DNA of 64,000 nt from Tubulanus polymorphus (lineage: Eukaryota; Animalia; Nemertea), in NCBI RefSeq assembly GCF_964204645.1, contig NC_134035.1, positions 11,316,451 through 11,380,450 on the forward strand, read 5' to 3'. This document shows, in pieces, positions 1 to 15,196 of the stretch; the stretch's first letter is position 1, and every line of letters begins with the position of its first letter. The translations under genes were made by a program, and so were the position numbers. The notes beneath the pieces are model-generated. The model made no database searches, had not been told where the DNA came from, and worked only from the letters and a program-made list of their open reading frames with translations.

Positions 1-118
1 CACCACTACTACAATACCCCCACCACTACTACAATACCCCCACCACTACTACAATACCCCCACCACTACTACAATACCCCCACCACTACTACAATACCCC
101 CACCACTACTACAATACC
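1..118. repeat. 20-bp minisatellite (CACCACTACTACAATACCCC)n, ~6 copies, truncated by window start
   Basis: Identical 20-mer repeated from base 1 to ~118. Confidence 0.95.
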
Positions 119-1433
119 GGGGTTTCTGATTTCTAAAAGAGATAGAGTTGCGCGATTGGCGCAGGCAGAATTTTTTGTTTGAATGCAACTACCTGCACAT
201 TTAAGTACATAATTTGAAATTTTGGTTCCGGTTCATTCAACCAATCTTCCGACCAACCTGAACAGGGGTGGATATACGAATGGTTGGATATTCGGTGTCA
301 AACACCTGCCGAATCCGCTTCTGTTTCGGTGCCGTCGTAAGATTTCACTATCCTAATTCTCGTCATGTTTTCGTTGGGAAATTCGACTTCTGGATCAAGA
401 ACCTGAAGCGCACTAGCACGAGTTTGAAGAGGGTACCAGACCGTGGCGTTGTCCTATAGAGTGCTGAACCCGTGGTATGAAGAATTTGTATTGGCGTATA
501 ACCCAGTATCTTACGAAAAATAATCCCCGTCGAAAAGAAAACATTTAAACGTGGTTTAAAAACAGTCTTCTCTTAACATAGAAATTAAAAAAAAATTGTA
601 GGTTAATTTTCTATGTTGTGAAAAAAAATAAAAATGTTTCATTAAAAAGAAATCGGTCACACAGTTCTCTACGACTTGTAGATCATAAACTTTATGTTAC
701 TTAAAATAACCAAACCATCACTTAGAAAATGATTTCAAAGGAAATTCAAGCGGACTTCAGTGGATTGGCTATAGAACGACGATGGTCTCTGGCGGGTCTT
801 AAGTTCAAGCCATGACAATGGGACCTGCCACTGATCCTAAATAGATCCAACATTTCAGCAATGAAACCGTTAATTCAAAGATTTCTTTCATATCAATAAC
901 TTGAAACAATATATTCATTATTGATGACATTCATTGATTCGTTAAGCCTATATGAGCTCATCGACAAAAATCGCTATTTCATCCGATTGTTTTAAGTAAT
1001 ATCGCCGAAAATTGTCGATGACTTCATCATCAAAACAGACCACGACTGGAGTTTTTGCGCGCGTTGAAGATTGTGGTATATACCGTGTAGACATGATTAA
1101 TAGACAACTCTGATATAGTTACCGTGAACGCAGGCCGCGCGCGCTAGCTAGACTTGTATCTAAAGGGAACGATAGAGAGTTAAAGCTGTATAGATAAAAG
1201 TTTCGAGAGAGAAACGATCTTCACCTTTTTCCTCACTCGATTTCTCTTTAACACGAAACACGGGTGGATAATCTCTAAATTTATCGTTCGTTCATCGTTA
1301 CAAACGGGTTGTTCTGCGGAGGGCATGACTAGTAATCTACCACATCTGGGGCTTTTCTTCTAATGAATTTCTCCTACTAGAAATTTACAGTTAAAACGTA
1401 TAGGCAAACAGTTTTGACTATCTAAAATGACTG

Positions 1434-1658
1434 CAGAGCTGCCAACCTCTGAAAAGTGCTAGCAGTAACAAATTGAACTTTTTTCAGTATTATCTCATTG
1501 AAATATGAAAGAAAATGTTCAATTATTCAGTATTTATCAACAGTAAGACACTCAGTAACATCTTTCAATATCTCTGTACGCATCAAACAAATCAAATCAG
1601 TATTTCTCGTTATAAAATAGTAACAATTACTGAAAATCAGTAACAGTTGGCAGCTCTG
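1434..1658. mobile_element. Non-autonomous TIR DNA element (MITE), hAT-like CAG termini; family A copy 1
   Basis: TIR CAGAGCTGCCAAC...GTTGGCAGCTCTG; homologous copies at 22342-22567 and, 3' half only, ~20981-21243. Confidence 0.8.
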
Positions 1659-2071
1659 GGACTGGTTTTCTATTGAATGTGAATTAGGAATTTGATGAAA
1701 ATGGCAAATGACTCAGTATTATTGGTTTTGATTTCGATTTCTTCTTTCTGGTTTGATCAAGAGAAATCGAGTGACAACCTTACCTTACCTTAGAATATTG
1801 GCTTTCTCGAATATCCGCAATGGATAGTGCGGAGAGGTTAAGCGCTTAGATCATGTTTATAAAGAAAATTGAAGGTGTTATTTTATCTCCTGATGTTTGT
1901 TTTCATACAGATGCTTGTGAAAACTCGCTACAGAGCCGGTGTGTATTACAAATAGATCCATTCGTTTTAGATTTCCTATCGAATCTTATGAATTAAACTG
2001 CACTAGATAATTGTTCAAATACAAAAAAATTTCTAGCAAACCGCAAATGAACCCCAGCGAGACTCAGTGGT

Positions 2072-2415
2072 CATCCTCCCCCCCCGGCAGGGATTCGAAC
2101 CCGATGGCATCAAGATTGCCGCGGTACAAAGCCCTGCCACACTAGACCGAGTGCGCAGCTACACGCGCATATTAGGTGATGTCATTATCAGCCAATCAGG
2201 TATCCCGTTTTATTCTAACCCTGGGTTTTCCCGTTTATGGTTCTTCCGTGAAATTTACCTCGGCGATTATACAACGAGCAATCTGATTGGTGCCGCAAGA
2301 TTTCGTGCGGCACAGCTGCGCATGTACCTGCGCACCCGGTCTACTGTGGCAGGGGTTCATGCCGAGGCCGAGTGAAGCGATGCCATCAGGTTCGAATCCC
2401 TGCTGAGGGAGGATG
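2072..2415. mobile_element. Palindromic (fold-back) element with an outward-facing tRNA-like B-box in each arm
   Basis: CATCCTCCC...GCAGGGATTCGAACCCGATGGCATC pairs with GATGCCATCAGGTTCGAATCCCTGC...GGGAGGATG; GGTTCGAATCC at 2389-2399 and its reverse complement at 2091-2101; inner CCAATCAG (2191) / CTGATTGG (2283). Confidence 0.7.
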
Positions 2416-4014
2416 CTAAAGGTATGAAAATATTTGTAACTGCTCTTCCAAGTCTACTTTCTATATGCATCTAAACGGAGGCAGACGCTCAGATAATATT
2501 CAATGATGGGTGTGATGGTGTGAAGGGTTTGATTGATGCCTTTATCTCATTCAGATTATAGATATTCGACTAGGGATGGGTGTGCAACTAAAATTATAAC
2601 TTCACTGCCACGCAAAGCGCTTTTTAAATGCCAATTATTACAGCGATTTGCACAAATTTGTTTAAAATGATAACAATCATAATGGCAGAGCTTGAAACAG
2701 ATTTCACAAAAATTTGCTAAAATCTTACACACCGTCCCTACAGATCAGTTATATCTGAATTTAGTCAGTTTTCGAGGAGTTTTAAAGGAGAAAATTTCAA
2801 ATATGTCTGCATCACTTTCTTATCTTAATTACTGTAGACTCCTTCTACGTAGGTACTGTTTATCTCAGTAAACTATTAATTCGGTGGTTTATTACTCTAT
2901 AATAGTCCGTCCATAAACTGTAGTTTTATCATGTAAGGATGGCTGGTCAGAAATCTCAATGAAATATATCGAGTGCCATATGGCTGATATCTTCTACCCC
3001 ACCCCCCCCCCCCGAAGGTACCAGCAGCAAAACTGCCATTACCACACGCTTGAGTCACTTTCTCTCAACGAAATGAGAATCAAAGAATCAGAGAATCTAC
3101 CGTCGCGTGGCGTTACAATATTTATCCTCGATTCCGAGGACGACGACGCCGCAAGGAAAAAACGAATAGAATCGATAACCGTCGCCGAGCTGCGAGTCGA
3201 AATTCAATTTGTTCTCACACGGCGCTGTTTTTCCGCGACCCGAAATACCGGCGACTCCTCGCTACGTCCTTTTCAGTAATCGGTATTTACATCTCGAGAG
3301 TGAACAAAAAAAATCGGAATAAAAATCTAGCTATTCATCGCGTGCATCGAACCAACTGAGTTTCAAACATAAAAACTGGAAGTGGTTGTTTGCGTAAGAT
3401 CCCGAGGAACGGATAGCCTACATGTGTAAATTCCAGTAACATACATTCAGCCCCGAACGCGAGGAATATTCTTCCGTCTCCTCAATGAAGTTAACGGGGT
3501 CTTCGCAAATATTAGTTTAGCATACTGAGGTTTATCGGAGACGTCGATCGGACGAGGTACCTGACTGACATTATTCTCGCCATCGAGGTTCGGTTTCCGG
3601 AACTTTTTCGTTTATTACAGCAAAACGACGGCGCTTCGTCTAGCGGTATCGCGCGGAACAGATTTTTGGCATTCAGTTTATGAATTTCTTTCAACAAGGG
3701 AATTTTTTGCGTATCAATTTTCGCGCTGTGTATGTATGTGCGTGTGTGAACCGGTACAAAGAGGAAATTTGATGACGCTTGCAGTAGTAAGCAATTCACT
3801 CAAAACAAATAAAAAAAGATTTGTATAAAAGAATCATTGTCTTGAACAACGCATTTTTCTAGTGCTTGGAAAAAGATGACTTAGTCAAAGATATTTAAAC
3901 AGATTCGAAGTTTGGACTTTTTGTTATGAAGACATAACCATTGATGAAACGCTATGTCCGTGTTGTGACGATATACAGAGAATCCCGTAATGATACAACA
4001 AAAAAGACGTAGTC

Positions 4015-4168
4015 GGAAAAGTTTCCTTTTTAGCTAATATTTTATTGATTCGACGTTTCGACTATAACCTGATAGTCATTTTCAGTTATGTTCATTCCTG
4101 ACGATGATTATTAAGATGTAGTCGAAACGTCGAATCAATAAATCATTAGCTGAAAGGAAACTTTTCGA
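4015..4168. mobile_element. Inverted pair of Penelope-like element (pseudo-LTR) fragments carrying hammerhead motifs
   Basis: Imperfect palindrome AAAAGTTTCCTTTT-AGCTAAT...TTGATTCGACGTTTCGACTA / TAGTCGAAACGTCGAATCAA...ATTAGCT-AAAGGAAACTTTT; AATAAA follows the ribozyme motif in each arm. Confidence 0.6.
4091..4138 (+). ncRNA. Minimal type I hammerhead ribozyme motif (Penelope-type)
   Basis: CUGACGA (4098-4104), stem II GAUUAU/GUAGUC, GAAA (4124-4127), palindromic ACGU stem III, GUC cleavage triplet (4129-4131), stem I AUUC/GAAU. Confidence 0.7.
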
Positions 4169-7100
4169 AATTCAACTTTCTCGTTAAATATCAGTCTGAG
4201 ATTCTCTATGTATTGATAAAAAATTACGGACAGGTAAATTTACAGGATATGGACTCTTCGTGCTTCTGCAACATATATCAAGACATGTTACAGCTACCTT
4301 GCCCCAGTCATTGACCCGGGAAGGTTAAGGATATAAGGATATAATCGAATTTGCTTGCGCGGAGGAGAAACGAAGGAAAGCAACGATGAATCGACCAACT
4401 ACAGCAGGTAAAGACCTCCCTCGGGTAACAGACAGTAACAGAGAGATGCACCTGTATAACGAATAGATCACCTGCGCGTCGGTTGCTTACTTTACAACAC
4501 GAAATAGATGGCCGGGCGTCTTTCTACTACGAAAACACGGCAATTATGTTCTTAACAACCTTCTCATTCCTAGCTATGTATCCCGTATCACAACTGTCTG
4601 TATTCTAACCGGTAAATCTGTCTTGCTCGAGAAGAAATCAAATACGATCACACTGCGATGTGCGCGCGAGCGAGAGGTAGTTCCAGGTAGTTCCTAAGCG
4701 TTTTGATAGTTCCCACCGGAATAGAAAACAACTACACGAAAAACACCCCGCTGTCTCATAGGCAGCTTGATATATACATACTTAAGAGATGAATTCGGAT
4801 GAAATGCCATAATTCGAAGGATGATATTGATTCAAGGATTATGTTACTTTTTTCTAGGATTCCAATGGGGTAAAAGCAGTAAAACACTACAGCCGCCATA
4901 AGCAAGCATTTTTGGGCCTTCGCAAATTTTGCCCGGAACAACTGTTCGCACATTCAACTGTTAGGGTACTAATTGCGACTGAGCCTGTTTGGCCCTGGCC
5001 AAAAATTTTGGACCAGGCCCAAGCCAAATTTTGGCACGGGTAAAATGATTGCGTGTGAATTGCAACTGGTTCCGGATGTTACTCACTTCACTTTGGTTAG
5101 TATCGAGTGAGTGCTTGAAATGTAAATCATTATATAATTTCTCTTCTATTTTTAGCAATAAGACGGTTATTCCTTGTAATGTGTTTAATGTTGTATTTGT
5201 TGTGTATATTCAGTTGTATAAAAATAAAAAAATTTGACCCGGGTCTGATCCGTGCTAAATCATCTGCATATAATCGCGGCTAAAGACTCATCCCTGAGTC
5301 TCAAAGTAGAAGATCTACAAGTGATACAATAAATGATTCAATGGTTGCTACCACTGCCCGAAATAACACACCGCACCGAGAGCAATTAATACACCGCACT
5401 ATCCAACAGCTATTACTTTAATAATGATCATCCAATTATTATGACAGCTATAAACAGCTGTAAATTATCACGTTTCTAATTACACTACTATTGTTCGAAT
5501 CCACAGCTTCAACTGTTCACTTCATAGCTGCATTCATCATTCAAATGCTAATGCGTCGTTCATTATTATGATTATTCGAATCCAATTAATACGTCATAAG
5601 GCAGCATTCGATATTCATAACATCGATGATGATAATATCAGTTGATATCTGTTGACCGCCGGCGATCACGTCGATCATGGCCACCGGGTGAAATTCGAAA
5701 CCGTCGTGTTGTGACATATTTCCTGGTATAAGGGTGGAGGTGACGTTGATGAACTGCTACGCGAACTTTCTAACGCCGGCGGCGATTAAACAAATCCGGC
5801 GAACACGCACAGAGGGGCAGTGCATTAAATCCCTTCGGCGTACGGCGCGCTTTTAGAATTTCGCGAAGTTCGTCCTCGTGAATATTTTGTAGCGCGTTCG
5901 CTTCATTTAACAAGTCTATACGACGCTGATTCGAGAATAAGAGATTCGCGTATTTCTATAGACGGACGTCGTGTTTTTATTGAAAGAATTCGGACGTTCG
6001 CGGAGCCGTTTTTTCTGCGCGAATGAAGAAATTCCCCGTTTTTATGATCTCCCGGAAGACGCTACATCGATTACCGTATTATAAAGCGCCGGCATCAATA
6101 ACGATTTTAAATAGAAAAGGTTTGTATTTAATGGAGTACGGTGGTTGCTGTCTGGCCGTATAGCCAACCATAGTAACCGACGCGTTGAATATGGAAATAT
6201 GGAGATGTTTAAAACGACGACGACGGAACCGCGTGCACAAACTAGACGCATTAATCTGTATTAAGGCGATAAATTATTAGAAAGCAAGTCGCAGACACTA
6301 ATCGATGACAAATTTCGAATAGAAATCTTATTATACCACACCATAGATTATCAACCTGTACCACGCAACCACAGATTCAGTTTATACAGCCGGGTTCTTC
6401 CTTTTCCATACTATACCCGGATTATAAATTGTCCATAAGTTACACATCATTAAAGGACTACTGAACAATTTTGTTTTTTCCCTTGAATCAATCCAGTAAG
6501 ATGTAATAAATAAAACAGCATACAGCCTAAAACTTGAAATAGAAGGAAATTTTCTTTTTGGGACCATACCTGAGAAAACAAAATTTTCATAGCTTGGCCT
6601 AGAAAATTATTCCTGTTTTCAAAATTTTCCAAAAAGTTTGGACAGTAAATTATGGGTCTTACTTATAGATAACATAGGGGCTCAAATTCATCCTCCTATT
6701 GAGCACGTGTAAGTATAGTTTAAGATGTGATTTATCGCAATTAAATAAAATTCATACGTAGATAGAATAAACATTTAAACATGGGAAAAATCTACATATG
6801 TCAGGCGCAAGTACGTGTGAGCAAACATCTGTTTAATTCACGACGAATGCAGTTTTATGGTTCAATATTCCTATAACATGATCGGAAATTCTACAGGCAG
6901 AAGTAATGAATGTATCTGGATTTTAACATAATGAATGGCGTATTATAGATATGAATATGTGATGGAAATTGTATGTGATCGGTGTATAGCAGTTTGATTA
7001 AAGAGATCTTTTAAATCATGAAGTCGAATATTGAGTGGGGTGCAGTTTCTCACAGAATCGCATACAAGCAAAAGAAATTAACATTACAAAAGCTAAAATC

Positions 7101-7672
7101 ATGTATATGTGAAAATTTTGAATATTTTCTAGATCGAAATAAATGTCATTGTGACATTTGAAATTTTCAAATGGGTTTATGTTTCCATGTATTTTCTTAA
7201 CTGCTTCTTCGGAATTTGCTTTGTTACGTAACACCTTTTCCCACAGAAAGCCCAGTGACTTTTTATCCCCTAAAAATTCTGCGCCGCTCTCAAACAAATT
7301 CTTTATATCAACGCGCATGGCTACTCACTCTGAATGGAACTTAATGCTTTCTTTCTTTTGTTTAGGGTTTACACAAAATATGATACTTGGAGAGGGAACC
7401 AGTCGGAAGCATTTAAGCTGGTGGGTTTTCATGAAAAGTGCTATATGGATGACTATGTAAACAACTGTATGATTGCCGAGAGTGTGCTATAAAACTATAA
7501 CAATTCTATCGGAGGATTACTCGAGAACAAACACTTTCTCAACACAATGAAGATATCATTAAAAACTTCTTACTCAGTCACTGAATTTTTACGAGCACTT
7601 ATTCAATATAAAGGACGATTTAAAAAGAAAGTAGCAGCCATCATAATGTTTGTCAATCATTTCAGAGTTTCT

Positions 7673-8809
<1,137 letters not shown>

Positions 8810-11800
8810 GGAATTGGTTGTTTAACTGAAGATGTAGAGATGGACACCTCATTCATATTAGCATTCACTTTCTTTGATTATGTTGCAATATCAAATCTAT
8901 TTCATATTCATTTCATATAACGATATTTCTTGAATAAGGGCTTTCGTCGGGGCCTCCCTCTCCTTGTCGATAATCCAAATTTGGAGGAAATTAACAAAAT
9001 TGCCTGATTGATTTTCTAATCACGACAGCCAAAATTTAGGAAGTTCATTTCGTTTTTGTCTGAATCTTGAAACCAATCAGAATAAAGAGCAGTCAATAGT
9101 TAAGGTGTCTAAAATTGTGCACACTTCTGACCACGGGAATGCGCTCAGTAGGAGGGGGAACCATCCTGGGCATTAACGATGTCATAGTGACTATACATGC
9201 CATCACCCATGACGAAATTACCAGGCATTATTTTATTAGCGAGGAGGTCGGCCAGCGGTGATTAACTAATTAGTCAACCACACTCTCCATAATCGACACA
9301 GATATGAACATCAACTATTACTAATATAGGAAAGGTCATAATTTCATAATTACATATTTAGGTGCAACACATTTGTTGTTCAGTTTCTGTCAACTTTGGT
9401 TTCTGGGGGAAATTTTCTTTATACAACGATTAACATTGACAAATCTCATGATCATTTTTCCGAACAAAAAAAAAAAAAAACTTTTATAACTACGGATTTT
9501 CTATATCCGTGGTATGCTAAAATAACAGGCCAGTGCCCTATACTTAGATAGAACAGAAAGGTGGGATGAAAACTTATCAAATTGGAAATTGGTGCCCATA
9601 TTTTCTGATATCTCTTGACATGGTGTAGATTGAGGCCAGGTGAGTGACTGGCCACATCCAATGATTGAAGTTGTCACTTGCCAGATAAAAAGAGCTCTAA
9701 TGGAATGCTTTTTAGCCTAGGGGTAATTCATTTCATGCCTTTAAGGAAATAACTATTCAGAGTTACCTTAATCAGCGGGGTATTGGGCTTGAGTACAATA
9801 TGCCTGAGGCTTTTTTCATAAGCCACCTCCTTGGTCAAGCAAGCTCAATCACTTAGCCTAAAGCAACCAGCTGACCAGAGATGCAAAAAATAAGCCAGTG
9901 TTTTGAGGCCCTAGGATATGAGAACGGCCACTGGCAAGTTCAGTAGCGTGCCTGGAATGTCTTCTGGGCAAAAACCTTGAGTCTTTAATGAGTTTGTTAG
10001 GCATCAGAAGGACTTCTGGGGACGTGAACAAGAAACTAGTGAGATTCGAAACATGTTTACAAACGGATTAGATTCAATGAAATACTAAACAATTTGGTGA
10101 CCAAATGGAATCAGACGTTGTGTACGAAGCCAAGTTAGTTTACACGCGAACAACATATCAACAAAGACTGACCAACAAAACAAATATATTCATCCACCAG
10201 ATATGCCAAAAGCACGGTGGACATAGACAAAGCTTATATGCATAGGCTGGATACGATATATTAGACAACGAGGTACAAGGAGACTTTACTTTCAACAAAC
10301 TCCGACAAATAAATGAATGTTTAAGTCAGCGATAGGTACACATAGCCATCTTGGAGTTCGGGTTGGCCAATGACCACACGGACTTCATGTAGGCATCATA
10401 ATTACACGCTTTACATGGAGGAGATCTAGTTATGAAAGTCTTTTGTCAAAAGTAACTGAATTCCTTTGTTAATTCGACACAATAGCCGCTCATGAGAAAC
10501 TATTTGTATCCAGCCGCATGCAATAAAAGTTGCACTTCAAAATGCATTCGAAGAGCTATCCAGCCACCTAATCTATAACAGATCTGTTGCGTATCTGACA
10601 ATAAATGCGTTAAAACATTTCTCGAACTTTTTCAAGAAGCAAGAAAAAAAAACCAGATGTATACGTTTCCTATTCGCATCAACGTAATAAGAATAAGAAA
10701 AGGCCTACAGAAATTAAGTAAGTCAAAATGTGCCAATACTGATACTTAAAATAAGCCTTATTCCGGCTAGCTTCAAGCTATACGAATGAAAGAAGATTTA
10801 TTATTAATTTTCAACAGGATGCTCGCTGGTGTTAATACCCCATGTAGACAGAAGTGAGCCAGTCTGATGCCTGATTGTCACAGTGTCAACTCCCTATTAA
10901 AGTAATTACTATCACTCCCTGTATAATTATCAACACTTCCTAATGTCGCACCTCAGACTTGACAGATTGCGATTTTGAATAGAATCCATTAATTCTCAAT
11001 CAGTGTTGCAACCACTGTTCGCAATTTTCAAGGTAGAGAATACCACAAAAATAACGAAAAAATAATGTCCAATCTGAAAATGTTTCCTTGGTTGAGCTTG
11101 CAGTTTATTCAATGTATGACTATATCCTAATAGCCTAGTCATCTTCAGCAATACTGATTTATTAGAATATTGTCGAAACATTGAATAAACCACTAGCTCG
11201 AGGAAACTTTTTCAGACTTCTATTTTTTTCGTTATCATTGTGGGATATTCTACACATTACCATCACAATATGGGTATAGTGTTTTATCAGTGGTTATACA
11301 TTTTTTCATTTCAGTTTCAAGGTACATCCTGAAACAATTTCTTTTTCGAATTTAGTTTTGAATCGCAAGAAAGATTAAGTTACTAAGGTTTTAAGATAAA
11401 GATCTTTATCTTGTAATTAAAAACCTGCAGGTGTGAATGTTATCACATTAATCAGGTTATTCTTCCACAAACAAATTTTGCAAGGTGATAACTGGAACAA
11501 AAGCCATCTAGGAATTTATCTAAGGCATTAGTTTTATAAAGATTAAAATTGTTTGTTTAATAATTAGGACTATTTTGTTACCATGCCTTTGATTTTGAAC
11601 TTGGCATGCACAATCCACATCTCAAGGGGTTGATTCTTTTCTGCTTAAACTTAGTAGGCTATTCGCGCAATGGATTAGAATCATAGAAAATTCTTTAAAA
11701 ATCATATAAGATATCAATATGGCAACCTGAATAAAGGCTAAATCTGCATTAAAACAAAAATTCTTATCCCAATGATTGAGAAACCTCATCAATTGCATTT

Positions 11801-12099
11801 ATGGTACTCAATTTAACTCGCGTGTTAGATTAAAAAAGTACCAAAATTGTATTCCAGTTTAGGCATATTTTCTGTATGGAATGAATTTTTTCACAAGCAT
11901 ACTTTTGAATTAAATAATTGGCATTGCGCAATCACCATTTACATACATACAATAACATAAAACATATATTCCCAGTCGAAATTATCGTCTCGAAACAAAA
12001 TAGAAACACATGCATTATGAAAAATATTTATAGATCCATCATTATATACAATACAGCGCTGTAGATATAGAAAGCGATAATAATGATATGAAAACTTAC

Positions 12100-12206
12100 A
12101 TTTTATTGGTAGAATTCCAATATATCGGTGGTAGTTCTATCCCAGCGACAAATTCGCCTATATATCCTACTAACAGGCTCAGAAAAAGCCACGGCAACAT
12201 ATCCAT
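12100..12206 (-). CDS. Ephrin (Eph receptor ligand), first coding exon; rest of the gene probably lies beyond the window start
   Basis: MDMLPWLFLSLLVGYIGEFVAG (signal peptide) + IELPPIYWNSTNK matches the ephrin N-terminal motif (L-E-P-I-Y-W-N-S-S-N); AAC ATG G start context; phase-2 GTAAGT donor at 12099, where ephrin genes have their first intron. No second exon found in 1-12099. Confidence 0.82.
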
Positions 12207-13644
12207 GTTGTCTGACGGTGGTTTCACATACAATCCAATTGTTTTTTCACTGTCATCGGTACGGGTAGAGAGAGCAACAACTCGCACGATGCGAACACTA
12301 TCAGAGCTCGTCAATGACTGGCGCGTGCATATTGAATCGAGTGAACGCGTATTTCCAAAGTCTCCTAGTGCGCCATCTGTCGTGTTGCGCTCATAACTAA
12401 AATGCGCAGTGTTTTTGAGGAAGAATTTTACATTTTCTTTTTTCTTAATTGTACCCTTCTTGCTTTGAACTTCGCGAAACCATTCCAAATTTAGATACAT
12501 CTAGAAATTTTGACATATCAAAAACTCCAAATTTCCGTTTAGAAAAAGTTATTAAAGATGGTTTATGTAGGCCTATAGATCCACGTGTATAGTAAATACT
12601 AGGCCTACATGTTTGTATATATTGTAAATAACGTTGTTATGTTTTTTAAATGTTTTTACTTTTTTTGATGTAGATATTTATTTGCAAACAAAATTCTTTT
12701 CCCTCCACATACCACGGTAAATAGTGATAAGATCATCTATCTTAAAGTAACAGCAAACCCATCAATTTGTCTTGTTCAATATTTCGAAGTAGAATAAAAG
12801 TAATTATCAAAATAAAGAACATTGATGCAATTTTCCCCTAAATTTAGCCTGCATGGTGTATTACTGGATGGGGTCAACAAGTTGTGTCAGGCCGTGTGAT
12901 ACTGGGAGTAGCGTCCTTGGGACTTAGGGAAAACATAAGGGATTTTTTGTGAGTTCTATTCACATTAGAAACATTTTCTATGATTTTCATCTAGAAAGTC
13001 TGAAACAAAAGCATCACAACCGTCGACGATACACTCTGTTCTGTGTTCTCTGTTCTGTTTTATTATTGATAAAGATGACTTTTAGGATATATAGTCAAAA
13101 GGTTGAATAAATATTAGCTCGGGGAAACATTTAGGACTCTTTTTTATGTGGGAATTTATATCATTCACGAATGCAAGAAACTTACGTAATTCATCTAGAC
13201 AAAAATACTATTTTTGGTCTAGATTACTGAAGTTCCTCTCACTCAGCTTGTTACCTGGAAGACCTCAGTTTTTCCATTGAGATCGTGCTTTTCGTAATGA
13301 CTGAGATCGATAAAACCCATAAATTTTACACTAAACCACTCAGAAATTGCATCTTTTAGGATGGATTTCTTCAAAAATATCAAACCTTTTATGGAAGGAT
13401 CCCACTAGAGGGCTTTGACACGGCTGCTTTATCCAGAAAACGCCTTTTATCTTCTGGATCCCAGGCCTTCCAAAATTCCCTAGATCCGCCCTGGACAAAT
13501 TAGACTACTAACTCACCGGTCAAGAGGGGTTTCTCCAAGTCGACAACATTGCAACTTGACTATGTAAGTCCATCATCATTCAGAAATGAATGAATAAAAA
13601 GACAACAAGAACTTCATTTCGCCTTCCATCGACAAAAAGATGCA

Positions 13645-13650
13645 TTTATT
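13645..13650 (-). terminator. Putative distal polyadenylation signal (AATAAA), probably of ARF6
   Basis: TTTATT on +; upstream TGTA motifs and downstream U/GU-rich tract on the - strand. Confidence 0.5.
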
Positions 13651-14078
13651 TTTTTTCAGCGTCAGGAAGACCTGTACATAATATATATAATCATAATATA
13701 TATATTCATATATAATTATATTATATCGTAATAATAATAATTAGTATGTACACATGAGAATGGTGCTGGCAGGTTGGTGTTCAGTCAGCACTATGGTTTT
13801 CTTCTTACAAGATACAAACACACACGTATTAACTAAAAATCAATCTTTTTACAATCATTAAAACTGATAAATTTACTATCATTTATATAATTATTATTAT
13901 TATTATTGTTGTTGTTATTACTATTATATTAATAATATATGTACAATTGTTACTTCTAATGTGACAGCCTAGAATCCACTTGCGGTTACAATAACAACAA
14001 CACATGTCATACTTTTCTTTAATGAAAATCATCGAAGCGTTTAAGACTAAAAACAATATTTATCTTTCTAAGTTCAGG

Positions 14079-14399
14079 CATCCTTGCCTGCCAGGGTTTG
14101 ATTGCCTCCTGCCAACGCAAACCCAGGTCGCAGACACTTCATTGGTCTATTACACCGCCCAAGATTTCTTGAGGAGACTGGTTGCCGCTCAGTGACCACC
14201 GGTCTATGTATTAAGCCAATCAGATGCATTGTTTTTCAGTCAGATTCACTCTATCATTACAACGCATCTGATTGGCTAATCTGATCAAGCATCGAACCTG
14301 TCCACCCAATAAATCTTGGGCAGTATAATAGACCAGTGAAGGGTCTGCAACCAGGGTTTCTGTAGGAGTGAGGCAATCATACCCTGGTAAGCGAGGATG
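14079..14399. mobile_element. Fold-back MITE with ~90 bp inverted arms and inner CCAAT palindrome
   Basis: CATCCTTGCCTGCCAGGG...GCCCAAGATTT pairs with AAATCTTGGGC...CCCTGGTAAGCGAGGATG; inner AGCCAATCAGATGC / GCATCTGATTGGCT. Confidence 0.75.
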
Positions 14400-15196
14400 T
14401 GTTCGGGTGAAGTAAACTCAAAACTTTTTTCGACGAAATCTACTGAAGTATTTGAGTGACTGGCCCTACTAGAAATGGTTCATCAAATATGTTAACAAAT
14501 ACCACGACAGCAAACGTTAATCTAGCTTGACATACCCTCGGTAATTTTGGAGTTTGACACTTGTGCGCCCCCTCCTGATGTATTTCGAGATTCAGCCATT
14601 ATAATTTTCTTTCCGAATGAATGAGTCTCTAGATAATCACTTGGTGCAAGTCGTTAAAATATCTTACACAATCCGTAAAAACAACAGAAAATCCCCAATA
14701 ACAAAACACAATTCCAAACAGTTGCGAAATGAAATTCAACCCCGGAGTCAAAACATCGGAATTGATTTCAACTTGAGAGTTAACTGTAACTCACAACTGT
14801 TGAACAGGGTCCATGAGAACAGAAAAAAAGTGTATTTCAGTATCTTTTTTGTTACCTATGCAAAAAAGCTTTCGAATGAATCGATTGATTTTTTCTACTT
14901 GAATGAATGAAAGTTGCTGAAGGCAGCTCGTATTGTGCTGAGCATGTTTTTAAAATTAGCGCTCATGTTTATCCACATATTAAGCGTGTATGTAGTTCTA
15001 CGAACCCGGTTTCATAATATTCAAATCTTAAATCGACTTAATATTGTTTATCTAAATCAATTTTATGAGTAAATTCACTTTCATAAAGCAAGATCCAGTT
15101 TTGATAATCGAAAGTGAAATCATTTACCTCTGCAAGTGAAACTTACAACAACTGTCGGTCTAGAAATTGTGGACAAGGGTCGAAGTTACGACTTTA

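Noticed and set aside
1-118. Telomeric repeat
   Set aside because: The unit is 20 bp, not TTAGGG-like, and it lies inside a probable intron.
2330-2415. Bona fide tRNA gene
   Set aside because: B-box present but no convincing acceptor or anticodon stems; part of an inverted-repeat element.
12207-12500. N-terminal extension of the ephrin ORF
   Set aside because: The signal peptide starts at ATG 12206 in a good context; the upstream open frame is probably 5' UTR or flank.
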